From Guillardia theta CCMP2712 (taxonomy: Eukaryota; Protista; Cryptophyta), in NCBI RefSeq assembly GCF_000315625.1, contig NW_005434573.1:1-64000 (forward strand): DNA of 64,000 nucleotides, read 5' to 3'. Numbering within the stretch: the first letter of the stretch is position 1; each line of letters opens with the position of its first letter. Below, in pieces: positions 33,832-46,707 of the stretch. The notes under the pieces were generated by a model. The model was not told the DNA's origin and made no database searches. It saw nothing but the letters and a program-made list of their open reading frames with translations. Both the position numbers and the translations under genes were made by a program.

Positions 33832-34784
33832 GCTGTAAGGAGTGGCGGCAGGAGTGCGAAGGCTGCCGACTGGTGGATGTTCCTGTCACAAGGATGTCAA
33901 CTTAAGCCATGAAAAGATCTCAGAGAAATCCTCAGTATCGGCGCTATCTCAGAGACAGGCACTGTGACTCGCTCATGCTCAAGGGCAGGATGAGTGATTG
34001 CACAGCTATGTTGATGTGAGGTGCCCAGCAGAGCAATGAATCTAATGCATGAGGTGCAAAAGAGAAATACAAACAAGTGGAGCAGGGGAGGAGAAGAGAA
34101 AGGCAGCAGCTTTCATGTTACGCGAGAAGAAAGGAGGGAAGAGGAGGCGCTTTTACAGGAACAAGAAGGGGAAATAAACAAGGGCAAGTGTGAGGCAGGA
34201 AGAGCAGCGTTATAGCAAGGAACCAAGAGCCTACAAGTAAGATAGGGAGCAACGCAAGACAAGCAAGGGGTGGTGACTGTACGACAATGAAGAGGATGAG
34301 AGCAATGAGAGGAGAATGCCGAGTTGCTGGAGAGGAGAGCCAGGTGTCGGTGGGGAGGGGGCGGCGGCGGTTGGGGGGAGGGGAGGATGGGAGGTGGAGG
34401 GGGGGGTTTGGTGGGGAGGGGGAAGGGGGAGGGGAAGGATATGGATATGCCGTGACTGGTGGAAATAACGCAACAGTTGATGACTGGCCTATTTTAAAAA
34501 GTATTAAATTGCTCTGTAACGGTTTGATCGATTGTAACGGTCGGTATTTCCGGGCAACATGGCGTCGTCGGGCTGTAGTAGCTTCCAGGGCACCGTCCAG
34601 CCGAGCTAGCGAGCTCTGACTTCAGCTAAACTCCAGCTGGTATCGACCTCTCTGTTATCATCCCCGTCTTGACTGCTCAAGCCCCACCGCCTCCTCTCTT
34701 TCCAGCACCACCACCACCACCACCAAGCAGCTTACCCATCTCGACTACTTTCGTGCTGAGGGAGTAAGTTCTCCGAAGGAGAGG

Positions 34785-36070
34785 ATGATGGCTGGGAAAA
34801 CGAGGACAGCTGCTGCTTCAGATAGGAAATTGCGACATATTTCAGCAGCCATGCTTGTGGTGGCGGGTGTAGTCTGCGTCCTGCTCCTCGTTCCCAATGC
34901 TGGGCGAGCTCCAACGTCTCTTCTCTCACGCAGAGAGATGTCGAGGCTCCTTCGTGGGTTTGAGAACGAGCTCAAGTAGCCACCCCCCTCATCCTTTTGC
35001 TTTTCCGTCCCTCGAAAACCCCCTTCCTCTCCGACCTTTCCCACCCACCCCCTTCAGTCCTGGCATGGCCTGATCTTCACTCTTTCTAGGTCGGAGAGAA
35101 GAACAGAAGCTGAGGGGGAGGTTGCGAACGATAGGAAGGTGACCTTGCTCGCTTCCATACCACAGCAGAGTTGTGAAGGTGGGTGCAGCTGGAGATGGAG
35201 GAGAACATGTCGGTTCGTGGCAAATTGCTGAAGTTCAAACGAGCTTTTCATGGCCAGGTAGGTCAAGCTCTTAGCGCAAGCTGTTGATGACGACGCAGAT
35301 TGAGCGCCAGGACAAACAACTGGAAACCAAGATGCTGCAGACCGCACACTCTGAGAAGAACATAATCGGTGCCCTCCAGAGCAAGCTGCAGAAGTTCGAA
35401 GAACACGTGGTAAGTGAGCTCCTCATCATTTGAAGCTTGATGATGTTCAGCTCGCTGACTGTTTGCCTGACCAGAGTGAGCAAATCTTGCACTTGGAGAC
35501 GAAGGAGGAGAAGCTTGCGGATGCTGAGGTTGAATCACATAGTGTGATGGGCTGCCCGTGATGGCTGGAGGCAGGAGAGGATCGCTGCTACGGACAAGAG
35601 AGACGGCGACCTTCCCAGCAAGAGAGCGAGGCCCGAGAGAATAGTGAAGGAGGATACTCATGGCAGCCAACGACGGTGATGCTGTCTCTTGTGCATTACT
35701 TTCTTGATTTTAGTCCAGACGTCCTTCTCTGCCGCCTCTCGCACATGATGTGGTTAGAAGTCTTTCAGATCCTTGTTGTGCCGCTTTTATGGCTTATGAT
35801 GTTTCCGCAGCATCCAGCGCGTTCACACTTGAAACTTGAGAAAGAGCTGAAGGTATATTATGCACGTGGATGTCACATTATCTGATCATGGTGAACAGGA
35901 AAAGAATCAGCTGATAAAGAGCCTGGAGAAGAAGCTGAAACTAGCTCAAGTACAGCCGGCGGGGAAGAAAACGAATGCAGCAAAGGAAGAGAAAAGTGTA
36001 GCGCATCCCTTAACAGATCAGGTTTGGTGGTGAGTAGAGAGGGTGTTGTGTTTTGACTACCACTCAGAAG
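34785..36070 (+). CDS. Hypothetical membrane-anchored coiled-coil protein, multi-exon
   Basis: N-terminal TM segment AMLVVAGVVCVLLLV followed by short K/E/Q-rich exons with GT-AG introns; 3' end approximate. Confidence 0.5.
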
Positions 36071-36438
36071 CATCTGAAGCACCGCAAGCAGCAAGTGAAC
36101 ACAGCTGAAATGATCGCTGGTAAGGGTTCTGCATGCCTTATTGACCAATCCTGACGAAGATCCTTGTAGCTTTGCGAAACATTGCAGAGAAGGCTGGGTA
36201 TGATTTGATCCCAAATGGAGTCAAGATTGACAAATAATTGCAATGAGGAAGACCCAGCCCTCAATCTTATTGTTTCACCTGTCCATGTACAGAGCACGCA
36301 AAGAAAAAAAGAAAACCAGTCTTCTGAAACAACAGCAATGGCTGCTATCTGTATCCTCTCATTCATTTCTACATTCGCGGCCGAAATCGGCACCATCATC
36401 AAGAAGCAGAATCATGGTCACATATGTACAACATTCTT

Positions 36439-38388
36439 TTATGATCCGTTCTTCTCAGCACTGACTTCTCTTCGTTGTGCCTCAACCACTTTCCCCAGCC
36501 TGTTTCAAAACAAATTCTCAACGTCAAACCCTGTCTCCGTTCCTTGCTTAACAAAGCACCTGTTAGCAAGCATGCACGCTCTGATCGCACTAAAATTTTG
36601 CTTTGGGAGGAAGTTGTGTGTCAAGGAGATTGAATCATCCACACACTCAACCTGTGCGTTGTGATTTCCCCGAACCTCAACAATCAGAAGTATGTGAACA
36701 CCTGATGAGCCCAGCCTGCGGGAACAAAAATGACGTCACCAGGATGGAGGACTACCTGAAAGGAGATGGTCATGACAACAAATACGTCAAGGTTTGATCC
36801 TGCACCTCGTAGGGCACCGCCTGGTCAAACGTTGGGAACGTTTCTCTATTGGGCTCTCTTACATCAACCGTCTTTCCCTATACCAGACATTAGACCATGA
36901 AAAGAAAAGAAAGCGCATTGTCTTCTGTACATCAGCATCATACAAGTGTCTGAGGGCGGAAGGGCTATAAAGAATAAACCTCTTCCTACCAACAATCTTT
37001 CCATTCCAAGTCAGAACCCTCTCTCTTAATCACTCAGCTCGAAAATCCTACCTGTGCCAGCCACGCATGCGTCAGGCAAGGATCGACATGCAGCGGGGTC
37101 TTCGATCCGCCAGGGCCCACAAAGATCCATCGGAAGCAAGGGTCCTCCTTTGCTGGTAGCCGACCGAACCAGTCTTTCGCCCACCCAGGGATCTGTTCGA
37201 GCATGCCCAACTATCAGCGAAGAAAGAGGACAGGACTGCTCACCAACCTGAAAGTCTTGAACGAGTTCCGCGCAGTCTTTCTCATACGTCCATCCTCTAC
37301 ACAATTCAGTCAGGCAGGGCCCAGTTGGCTCGAAGCTTGCCTGAGGTAACCAAGCTCTTGCGCGTTCCCTTCAGCCCCATGCGAGCTCCTGAAAGACGAG
37401 ATGTAGTCTTTCAGCATCATGGCCGTTTTTTTCCCTTCTCTTCCTGTAACCTTCATGCCAGTTTTCACTACAACTGTCATTGTCCGTGCAGACATTTACC
37501 GTAACTGTAGTCTCCCCAACTCTCCCTGAAGCGAAGTAATCGAAATCCCATCGTCTCAGCGCAGGCCACCCGGACGCCAAACTGAGATGAAGTGGAAGAG
37601 TGAGCAACGTGCGTTTCTTGCTTGATATCAGCTTCATCCCCTACCCCCTGTAGACAACAGGCTCGTATTCCTCCAAAGGCTTGCTCTCCATGTCCTGTCC
37701 ATAGGGCTCAGAGGCTCTGGAGCGTGCAGGAGGGAGAGGTACACCTCATCCTCGGTAGCGTCGCGTTCGGTCACAGGGATAGAGTGCGCTGATATCTCAT
37801 CCTGTGTAACAACTGCACGCTGCGTTGTGAGCGGGGAGAGCAGGACAGATAGGATCGAATGCGACCGGACGTGATGCGCTTGTCATCCATGCTCGCCCCT
37901 GTTGACGAGTCTCCTCCATGGCCATGACAGATCGGGGGAAAGAAGGCAGTAGGATCACTGTCGGATAGCGGAAAAGACTGACTTGTTCCCAACTGCGCTC
38001 TCCGTCATTCCAAACCTGAATTGCCTCGATGCATACATCGAACGCTATCGTTGTGCCGTCGAGAAAGGCTAATTCCACAGGAGCGGAATCAGCAAAACGA
38101 GAGAAAAGACACCCCAAGTCTCACCTTGCACTATAAACGAGTCGAAGATGGACAGGCAAGTCACGTTGCCTTTCAACTTCTGGACGGGGGAGCATGAGCA
38201 AGCACACAGTCAGAGCAGACTGAGCAGAACAGCATGATGCAGTGTCAAGACGCATTGACGTGAGGAGAGAAGAGGAATGAACGGATTCAGATGCTCTCAG
38301 AGGCCCTTGCACATCAATCTTCTACAATCCTGCCAGTCCCTCTACCCACCATCCCCGGCGTCCCGTCCTCTACCTGCGTACTCGCCAT
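36439..38388 (-). CDS. JmjC-domain 2-oxoglutarate/Fe(II) hydroxylase (JMJD4/JMJD6-like), many exons
   Basis: Spliced motifs: ASGWPALRRWDFDYF, YLRGW, RWIFVGPGGSKTPLHVD (HxD), IVGRKRFILY, LHPGDVIFVPAGWAHQV (distal His), SISLTHNF. Confidence 0.88.
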
Positions 38389-39355
38389 GGTAGTCGACTG
38401 GCTCAGAAAAGACTAGTGAACTGCCCGCCACCGGCCGGCGAACCCTTATGGTCGTGAGACCTCTGAAGTTTAACAGGACAGAAGCCGGTGAAACTTGTGA
38501 GAGGGTAAAAAAATAATAAACCTCTTCATGAGTGTTTCCGGTAGGGGTCCTGGATTATGCACCTATCAAGTTTACTACTGTTGGTTATTCACCCTACCCC
38601 CCCTCCGCCACTCACCCACCCCCTTCGCCTACCCATCGAACCTAAACACCCTTGCGTCCGCCGGAACCAGAGACTACCAATTGGGGTCAACCCCTTGCCA
38701 TTTCATTATAGACGTCGAATTATAACTATCTTTCCCCCTACCCCCTTCCCTCTCCAATCTACAAGGTTACTTTGCAGTTACATGACCCCCTACCTCCAGA
38801 TCCACAGGATTCAAGTACCCTACCTGCCGACATAAACCACACCCTCCCGTCCCTCCTCTCCTCGCCCTCGTCTACTTCTGGGCTGCCCCCTTACAGAGTC
38901 TCATCACCGCCCCCGCCCTCCCTACCTTCCTGCCCTGCCCCCTCCTCCTCAAGGCCTGCTCTGCCCGACCCTCAAGTCTTCTATCATCATGCTCATCTAG
39001 TTCTTTACAGATCTCTCTTCCCTTCCCCCCCTCCCTCCTTCTCGAGCCGTTTAGCCTCCGAAGTGTATTTTGGTTTTGACCCCCATCAGCTTGCACTTGC
39101 TTAAGACCTTCATCAACCATTGTCTAGGCCAAGCACTTCCTTGGTGGGAATTTTACTGAACTCGAAGGACTGGCGATTTCTTCCTCATCGTCTCATCCCC
39201 GGACGCTCAGAAGTCTTCGTTGACAGGTTGTGAATCAGTTTTGTTGCAGGGTGACAGCTACTGCCTTCGCGCCCTTCTTACAAGCTATCGCTATCCCTCC
39301 TCCTGAGTGAATGCTCCTTGCCTGAATACTGCAACAACGATCGAGCCTCCTTCCC

Positions 39356-39937
39356 ATGGCATCAGTCAAGACAGAGTCGACCCACTACTGCCTACCCAGC
39401 AACGGTGTAGCACCAGCTGCCAAGAGTGACTTCGAGCAGTTTTTCGGGACCCACGTACCCTCAACGTGTCGCAAGCTCCATGGCAAAGGTCGGAATCCCA
39501 TCAAGATCAACTCGGGCGAAGTCTGGCAATCAGCAACTCAGGATGACCGGTTGTTGACCGTGCTGCACAAGCTCAATCACTTTCACGAGCCCCCCATAAG
39601 TGCAAGCGCAAACCTGCGGCGGACGTCTAGTGACGATGCAGAGGTTGGTATGGCAACACGCTCCTCATCCCTACGATCTTCAAAGAAGCATAACGAAGTG
39701 AGCTCAACCAAAGGTTACCACGCTGCTCTGAAACCCAAGAAAACTGCATCGCACAAGCCGAGGCGAGCTGCTACCGTGATCAATCACTGCGAACGCATGA
39801 CACGGAGCATGAGAAGGAAGTGTGCATCGATAGACAACCCCTCAAGCTCGTCTACCTCTACAAGCAACGAATCTCAGGAGCTTCTCAAGATATTTGAACA
39901 GGCAAAGCATGCGGGGTTTGTTGTGCCCACTACCTGA
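39356..39937 (+). CDS. Hypothetical basic protein (193 aa)
   Basis: ATG-initiated uninterrupted ORF; no recognised domain. Confidence 0.55.
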   Translation: MASVKTESTHYCLPSNGVAPAAKSDFEQFFGTHVPSTCRKLHGKGRNPIKINSGEVWQSATQDDRLLTVLHKLNHFHEPPISASANLRRTSSDDAEVGMATRSSSLRSSKKHNEVSSTKGYHAALKPKKTASHKPRRAATVINHCERMTRSMRRKCASIDNPSSSSTSTSNESQELLKIFEQAKHAGFVVPTT

Positions 39938-40074
39938 AATATTAGATTCAAGAGGATGTGAGACTATTATTTGATCGAAGATCCTGGTAACATGTGCATG
40001 TTTAATTTTTCTTCCCTGTATCTTCTTGTAAACAATAAGATCACGGCATTGACCGTTTGCTCTTTCCAACTTTT

Positions 40075-41619
40075 TTATCCGACTGTACGCTCCACCCTGT
40101 CGGCGAAGAACGTCAGACCAAAAACAGAGAGCCAGAAAAGAAATCACCTGACGATCATGAAGAACATTCCGTCATATTTAAAAAGACACCGGAAGTCTAT
40201 GAGCCCTGGAAGTGCCTCCAAATCTTCAGCAACGCTATCATCGTCTTCGAAGCAAGGCTTGATCGCATAACCATGTTCTGTTATATCGAAGTGTCATAGC
40301 CAGTGCTGAACAAAAGAACTATCACCCTTGGACATCGAATGCAACGACAGTGCACAGAACTCGATAGGAGTGATCCTGTCTTTCAATGCTACGTCCCTTG
40401 CACTGAAAGCAACGGCCAGTGCTCCTCGAGAGCGAAGAAGTTTTCTTTGAAAAACAACCTCAACTTGAGAGATTCGTTTGCTGACTGACCCACAATGATC
40501 AAGCCAGATCCCCTGCCAAGTCTTTGAGCGAACGCGGGGAAAATCCCTGCCTTGCCTGCAAGCACCCACTAGACTCCGGCCATTGCTTGAGAAGCTCTTC
40601 GATGTCGCAGCAGTAAGAAACAACACCCATTGCCCGCAGCGATGCTACGACGTGTGTATAGATGTTCGGGACCTGGGATAGAATGACTTGATCGAAAAGA
40701 AACAGTGCATGGTAGCTGCATCAAAAACATCTTACCAAGATTCGGTTCAGGGGTACGCCGTGGGAGTGCAATACCTTGGAAGTTGTTCCTTGGGATCCAT
40801 CCAAGACAAGTACGAAAGAGTCGTTGCTGCTTGGCAACCTGTGACATACGAAGAGCAGTCAAACAACGCATCGTTCATAATCAAGTGGTACAGCAATGAA
40901 CAAAAAACACAGACAATGTTTCACATCTCTAAGTCATCTGCAGCACGTTTGTAATCAAGAACAGACATGTCCAGAAATTCCAAAGGGAAGAGGCTGAACA
41001 AACCACTTCAGTGCGGAGGCAAACATCTGATTGGTTTTCATCTTCTTCGTGTCTTGCGCCTTCGATTTTGCATCAAACACATCGGCCTGACAAATATGAG
41101 ATCACTTCACAAAATGTAGCAAGGAAAAGTTGTTGCAAACAGCTCCTACCTTCCATGCGCAATGATGATCTCCTTTTGTGAGTTTCTTGTGCATCTCATG
41201 CTCAAGTCTGAAAGCCTCAAGTCACCTGCCAAGGCACTTCGGAAGCAACAAAACCTTTCAAGTAGTTCTATCACATTCGCGCCTTCTGCTGGTTCTCCTC
41301 CAGGGGGGCAGCATCGATCGTTGGCGCCCTTCAATGTTAGCAATGGTTTTATCCGTTCGAGGGTATATCTCCTTTGAACTTTGACATCAGGCTGGAAAGA
41401 CAAATGAATATGATTCTTTCGTAGCAATCGATGTTGATTTGATTCATGAAATGGGCCCAGATTGGATGGGGTTGCAAACGATAAAGACCATGCTCCTTGT
41501 CCAGCCCGTGTTCTGAAACATGCAGTTGAATGCGGCGTGCAATGTGCAAAGGAAATTGTTGATCCACACGAGAAGTAAAGAATAAACAACAAAGCTTGGA
41601 TTAAAAACAGCATTGACAT
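40075..41619 (-). CDS. Signal-peptide-bearing Rossmann/SAM-methyltransferase-like protein, multi-exon
   Basis: MLFLIQALLFILYFSCGS signal; spliced FVLVLDGSQGTTSKVL..G...NRIL|VPN, GIWLDHCG, GALAVAFSAR, FKYDGMFFMIV. Fold assignment by eye. Confidence 0.55.
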
Positions 41620-42617
41620 ACGATCTGCAGAGTCTATTCACTTGACTGTGTTTGAGAACATCTCAAGTTCAATTTGATGACCTTTCTTGTGATAACATCT
41701 TCGTTTCATCGGAATATCAAAGTCTAGAAGCCATGGAAGTTTGCTATTGTAGCTTGCTCAGTTCGTAACGGCCTTGTATATCAATGTACGCGCGGCCGAT
41801 TCTTCTTGTGCACCAACTTCTCTGCTCACCTTCCATCACGGTCGCCTCCTCCCCACCGGCCGCATTATGGGCATCCTCCGATTGCAAATCTAGCCTGATG
41901 CTTCGGTGCTGCCTCGTGAAAGCTCTTTTGTTGTTTCCAAAACAAATTCCTAAAACCCAGGCGTAGAAGGAATAAAGGAGGGGATGCGGCCTCCTCCGAG
42001 CTGGGGGTGGGGTTCGGAAAGTGGGGTGGGTACAGAAGGAAAGTATGATCTTCCAGGGTAGGGTGGTTTGGGATGAATTGAAAGGCGGTAGTTCGAATTT
42101 GTCCTGGATCTAACTGGTTTGTACAGTAGGGTGGGGTGGTAGGTTTTTGGTGTTCATTGGGGGTACGCTGCTCACAATGCGACTTGGCAATTCGAATGAG
42201 TTTGAGGATGAAATTATCTCCTGTAACTACCTCAACCTTGTATATATGTTAAGTATGGTCATATGTAAAAAGCTACATCCATATACCTCTGCCGCCAGAG
42301 ACATAATGACCCTGGCCACCTCCTTCGTTGACCCCTACCCCATCTTTTGAAGGCTTCCATTTCCAAGTTGAGTATGCTACCCGGTCCAGACAGAAAGTGT
42401 CCCCTATCAGAGACCCTACCCCTGGTCATATCAACACCCCATGTGGAAATAACCCACCCCACTCAGAGTTTCCACCCTCCTGAAATTCAGCGACGTTGGT
42501 ACCGAGCCGAGGTTCAACGAGCATGCATGCTTTGAAACTTGTTTGACGTACAAAAGAGGAAGTGCAGAAGCGAGAGAACGGAAACAAGGAGGAGAAAGAA
42601 GAGTTGACGAGGAGATC

Positions 42618-42761
42618 GAGAACGAGAACGAGAACGAGAACGAGAACGAGAACGAGAACAAGAACGAGAACGAGAACGAGAACGAGAACGAGAACGAGAA
42701 CGAGAACGAGAACGAGAACGAGAACGAGAACGAGAACGAGAACGAGAACGAGAACGAGAAC
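42618..42761. repeat. (GAGAAC)24 hexanucleotide microsatellite
   Basis: 144 bp, one AAGAAC variant. Confidence 0.97.
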
Positions 42762-43559
42762 GAGGGATGAGATGAAAGGAAAAGGAGTGTCCCAAAGCTT
42801 AGGACAAAAACATTGATCAGGTCTGAGATGAGAAACTTTATGTTTGATTGAAACTTGGGAGAGTGATAACGGAATACGCAATAGTAGATGAAATGTTCCA
42901 AATGAAAATCAGATGTAGAATAATGTAACCTGCTGACCTTCCTGGGAAACGGCTTGGCAGCATGTGTAGCCCTTTCGGGTGCGCCCGTTTTACACACCAC
43001 CCCTTTCCGAAAGCAGAATCAATGCTCGCAGTATTTAAGAATATTACTAGCAACATGCCTGTCCATTTGTCTGTCTCGGTGTTTATTGCATGTATTAGAC
43101 TTTTTTCAAGGTTGGGCTGTTCATACTGATCTCTTGCGCATCAGGTTGGCTTTGGTGACATTGTCTTGATTCGGAAAGTAGATTGACAATTCTCAAATTT
43201 ATCGTAAGGATGGCAGAGCTCATGCTTACTGTAGCACTTGTAAGTTTGGCCGCTGTTACCGCTATGTATGTCGGAGCAGCAACCGTTCAGCCAAATACTG
43301 CCTGAATTATGCAGGAATCAAATTGTAAATAAAGAAAAGATACTTCATCCATGAGTGTTATTCTTTCGTCAGAATTTACCGTGGATTTACCACTGTATTC
43401 ACTCTAGGGGTGTCAATGAGAATACCAGTAGGTTGGCACCGACTAAAAACAACCCTCTCTAAGCGTACATGTCCTTGGTGTAGGTGGCAGCTGTGGATAG
43501 TGTTAGGTGTTGGGACAAGAATCGGGACGGAAACACTCACTAGCAGCAACATAGGCATC

Positions 43560-44495
43560 GCGTGCAGCCTGGTAGGGACCAGTGGCCAGCTTGAGGGCCT
43601 CAGCCGCCTACAGCAGCATTAAGAACAAACTTACAGCAAGATGAAAGTGCTTCTTGTACCGTGATGTATGCGTCTCTAGCCTCAGTATACTTGTCAGCAT
43701 AGTCCTGAAGATTGAATGCCTCCCCAGAGTCACTGATCAAATAACCTATGTCACGTATTCTGGTTGGAATCGCAGCAATTACCCCAGGGCAAGCATCGTT
43801 GTTTGATGCCCGTTGAAACCTTCCACGAGCTCTTGGCATTGTCGGATGGTGCTAAACATTCTGAAGGAAAAAACAGGACTTGATCAAAACAGCAGATTGA
43901 GAGCAACTCTCAGCAATGCTCATTGTCTGAGAGTAGGCAGCAACATGCAGCAAGCCAATGCTCTGCAATATCAGTTCTAGACATCACCAAATCATCTCTT
44001 GAGTGGTATGGCTATGAGAATCTCTGACGAAGAAATCGATTTACATATCTATGATGTAAAGTGAAACATATATTGGTTGAGCAATGAAAATGCCCCCTCT
44101 AGCAGCACTCTACGATCTGTTCAGCGTTCATTGATTCTACACTCGAATTGAGAAAATCGTGCAAAAATCTTTCCAATATGGAACACTCTTACGCTCAATG
44201 CAGCAACACCGCCCTTTTTCAGCTTGAAATGCTTTTCCTATCGGTCCAAGAATGTACTTCTCGATACAAACCACCACAATGTTAACAGAACACACGACAT
44301 ATGTGCCGTGTCATGACGTTGGTACTTATCACAAACACATGGGTCGTATGTCTGTCAGCTCTAGACTCAAAGTCTCTCTAAGCACATGCGGCAATGTGAC
44401 TCCGTCGCCTGCCCATTTCTTCAGGCCCTACAGAAATAGCACAACCGTTGGATCAAAGTAACCGTCATCAGCAATCAAAGTGACTGCTTCTATCC
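43560..44495 (-). pseudogene. Decayed gene remnant, truncated at its 5' side by a GC-rich tract
   Basis: Protein-like frame with scattered stops (EAVTLIADDGYFDPTVVLFL*GLKKWAG...) plus ORF 43600-43839. Confidence 0.35.
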
Positions 44496-44509
44496 GGCGT
44501 TGATCAGGC

Positions 44510-45410
44510 GTGTCCGGGCCGGGGACTCGGCAGGCCGGGCAGGCCGGCCGCCCCGCGGGGCCCTGGCCCCGGCGGCCCCGGCGCCGCCGATCGGATCAGA
44601 CAGGCGGCCACGCCCCAGCCGGCCCCCGTTCGGAGTCAAGTTCACCACTGCGGCCTGAGGTGGTGGTCAGGGCCGCGGCCGCGGCCCAGGCTGCCGGCCC
44701 GGCCCGCCCGGCCCGCCAGCCTGTCACCGGCACGGCGGCCGCCGGGCGCCGGGCCGCCAGGCCGCGCCCCCGGCGGCGGGCCGAGCTCCGGGGAGTCCGA
44801 GGCTGGCAGCCTGGCCCAGGCTAGTCCGACCGTGCCGTAGGCTAAGCGGCCGGCGGCGGCGTGCCGGGCCGGACCGCCGCTCAGCGCCGGGCGCCGGTCG
44901 GCACTGACAGGCTCCGCGGCCGCGTAAAAGCACCGTGGCACGGTGGCACGGTACCAGGCTGCCACCGTCTAGCCTTCGGAGTGTGATAGTACCGTAGGCT
45001 CAACCTGTCACGTGGCAAGGCTAGCCTGAGCACTGCGGCAGTGACGGTGACAGGCTGTGACGAGTCGCCGGGACTCAGTGTGCTAGCCCGGTGAGTCGCC
45101 GCCGAAGCCTGAGTCGAAAAGCCTGGCAAAAGTTTCAAGTTTACTGCCGGCCCATGCGGCCGCCGCGCCGCCCCGGCGGCCAGGATGACTGGCGGAGGCC
45201 CCGGAACTGCACAGTTCGCACTCATGATGATACTGTACTGAGTCCGAGTCCGGGGACAGGCGGGACTCCCCGGACAGTCTGAGGCCGCCAGGCTGCCACT
45301 CTTCACTGTTTCAACTTGGCAAGTTGCCAGTGCGCGGCGCCGCAGTGCCCCGCCCCGGCGTGTCAGTGTCCGAGGCTCCGTTAAGCCACCGAGCCTCCAT
45401 CGCCGAGTCC
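44510..45410. repeat. GC-rich palindromic mosaic tract (~0.9 kb)
   Basis: CCGG/GGCC/CCGATCGGATC/GAGTC/TTCAAGTT words; only spurious R/P/G/A-rich ORFs. Confidence 0.7.
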
Positions 45411-45415
45411 AGGCG

Positions 45416-46655
45416 TCAACTTCTAAACAGGCCGCAGCACCAAAGGGAGACAAGCGAGCAAGCGATCAAACAAATACAGCCGACTGCGACAAGAGTGAGA
45501 GGAGCAGATGAAGCGCATGCGCAAGACATTCACCTGATGAGATGATGGTAACCTCCAGCCACATCGCACTCGGTCCGCTGCCACCTGCGGCAGCAGAAAC
45601 AGATGAGAGGCGGGTCTAAACTTCCAAAGAGGTACCAAGAGGATTGTCAACGTCAGCCTGATGGCCGCTCTGTAAGTTCATCCCATAGTAGCCAGAGATC
45701 AGGCTGCAAGATTCGGTAGTCATTAAGAGGTATCGGAACACCGACTGCTGACTTGCTGACCTGCAGGCTGTGAGCCACAGGGACGCGATGCCGAAGGAAA
45801 CGTCAACCTGTACACAAGTCAGCGCGCTGCTACGATCAGTAAAACTTGGAGGATTCTACTTTGATCAAAGTATTCCTTGCCGTATCCAACTTCAGCTTTA
45901 GAAGCGCCTCCGTAGATTCGATCTAGGGCACATCAGAGGGAGCAAAGTGGGCGAACGGCAATGTAACCTCCTGGTCGAGAAGGTTGAGCTGGGAAGCCAT
46001 GGCAGACAGGTCCTGAGAGTATGAGTCCAGCAGCAGCTCTACCTGTAAATTTGCGAGTAAGAAGAAGCAAAAGGGACAACTGAAGAGTTGAACGACAATG
46101 AAAGCGTTGGGGTGTCGGAGAGAAAATCGCAAACACATAGTGAATGTGAGAAATTCCAAGGGGCAGATGGGGGTTGAAGAAGAATAAGACCTCATCTGTA
46201 TTCCAACTTTCTTGTCGCAGCGCCTCAAGAAAGGATTGAGGGTTGTGATTGATTTGGGTCAAGTACCTGGCAAAACTCGTGAGACTTTAGAAAGAGATCT
46301 AAGATACCAACATGAGCGACATCAAGGTGTCCGAGTCCTTCAACAGCCAGACCAAGTCATTCCGTGCCTTCACAAGAAGCCAGACAATACCTGAACCTCT
46401 TCAAGAGCATTCACGCAACCGACCACGGATTCATAGGTCTTTGACAGCATACAGTGAGATGTCTGGACGTCCTCACAAGGATTCAATCACCTCTGAAAGT
46501 TTTTTCTTCAGAGCCAAAATCTTGTTAAGAAGCCTGCTGCTCATTTTCCTTCGCACCAGTCTCAGAATGGTCTTGCCTTCCTGCGGGAATCGACAGTTAA
46601 AAAGAGTCTTGTTTCCATAATTGTTAGTTGCCAATAATACGAGGGTGTGGAAAAA

Positions 46656-46707
<52 letters not shown>

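Noticed and set aside
34515-34542. Paired TGTAACGG (MYB/MSA-like) sites, also near 54085
   Set aside because: Too short and too few to call a regulatory element without expression data.
37371-37376. Apparent in-frame TGA suggesting selenocysteine or readthrough in the JmjC region
   Set aside because: Wrong frame; correct splicing gives an open JmjC frame.
42426-43000. ORFs with poly-RS/RT/EN/VL/SF tracts (SR-protein-like)
   Set aside because: All arise from the (GAGAAC)n microsatellite being open in six frames.
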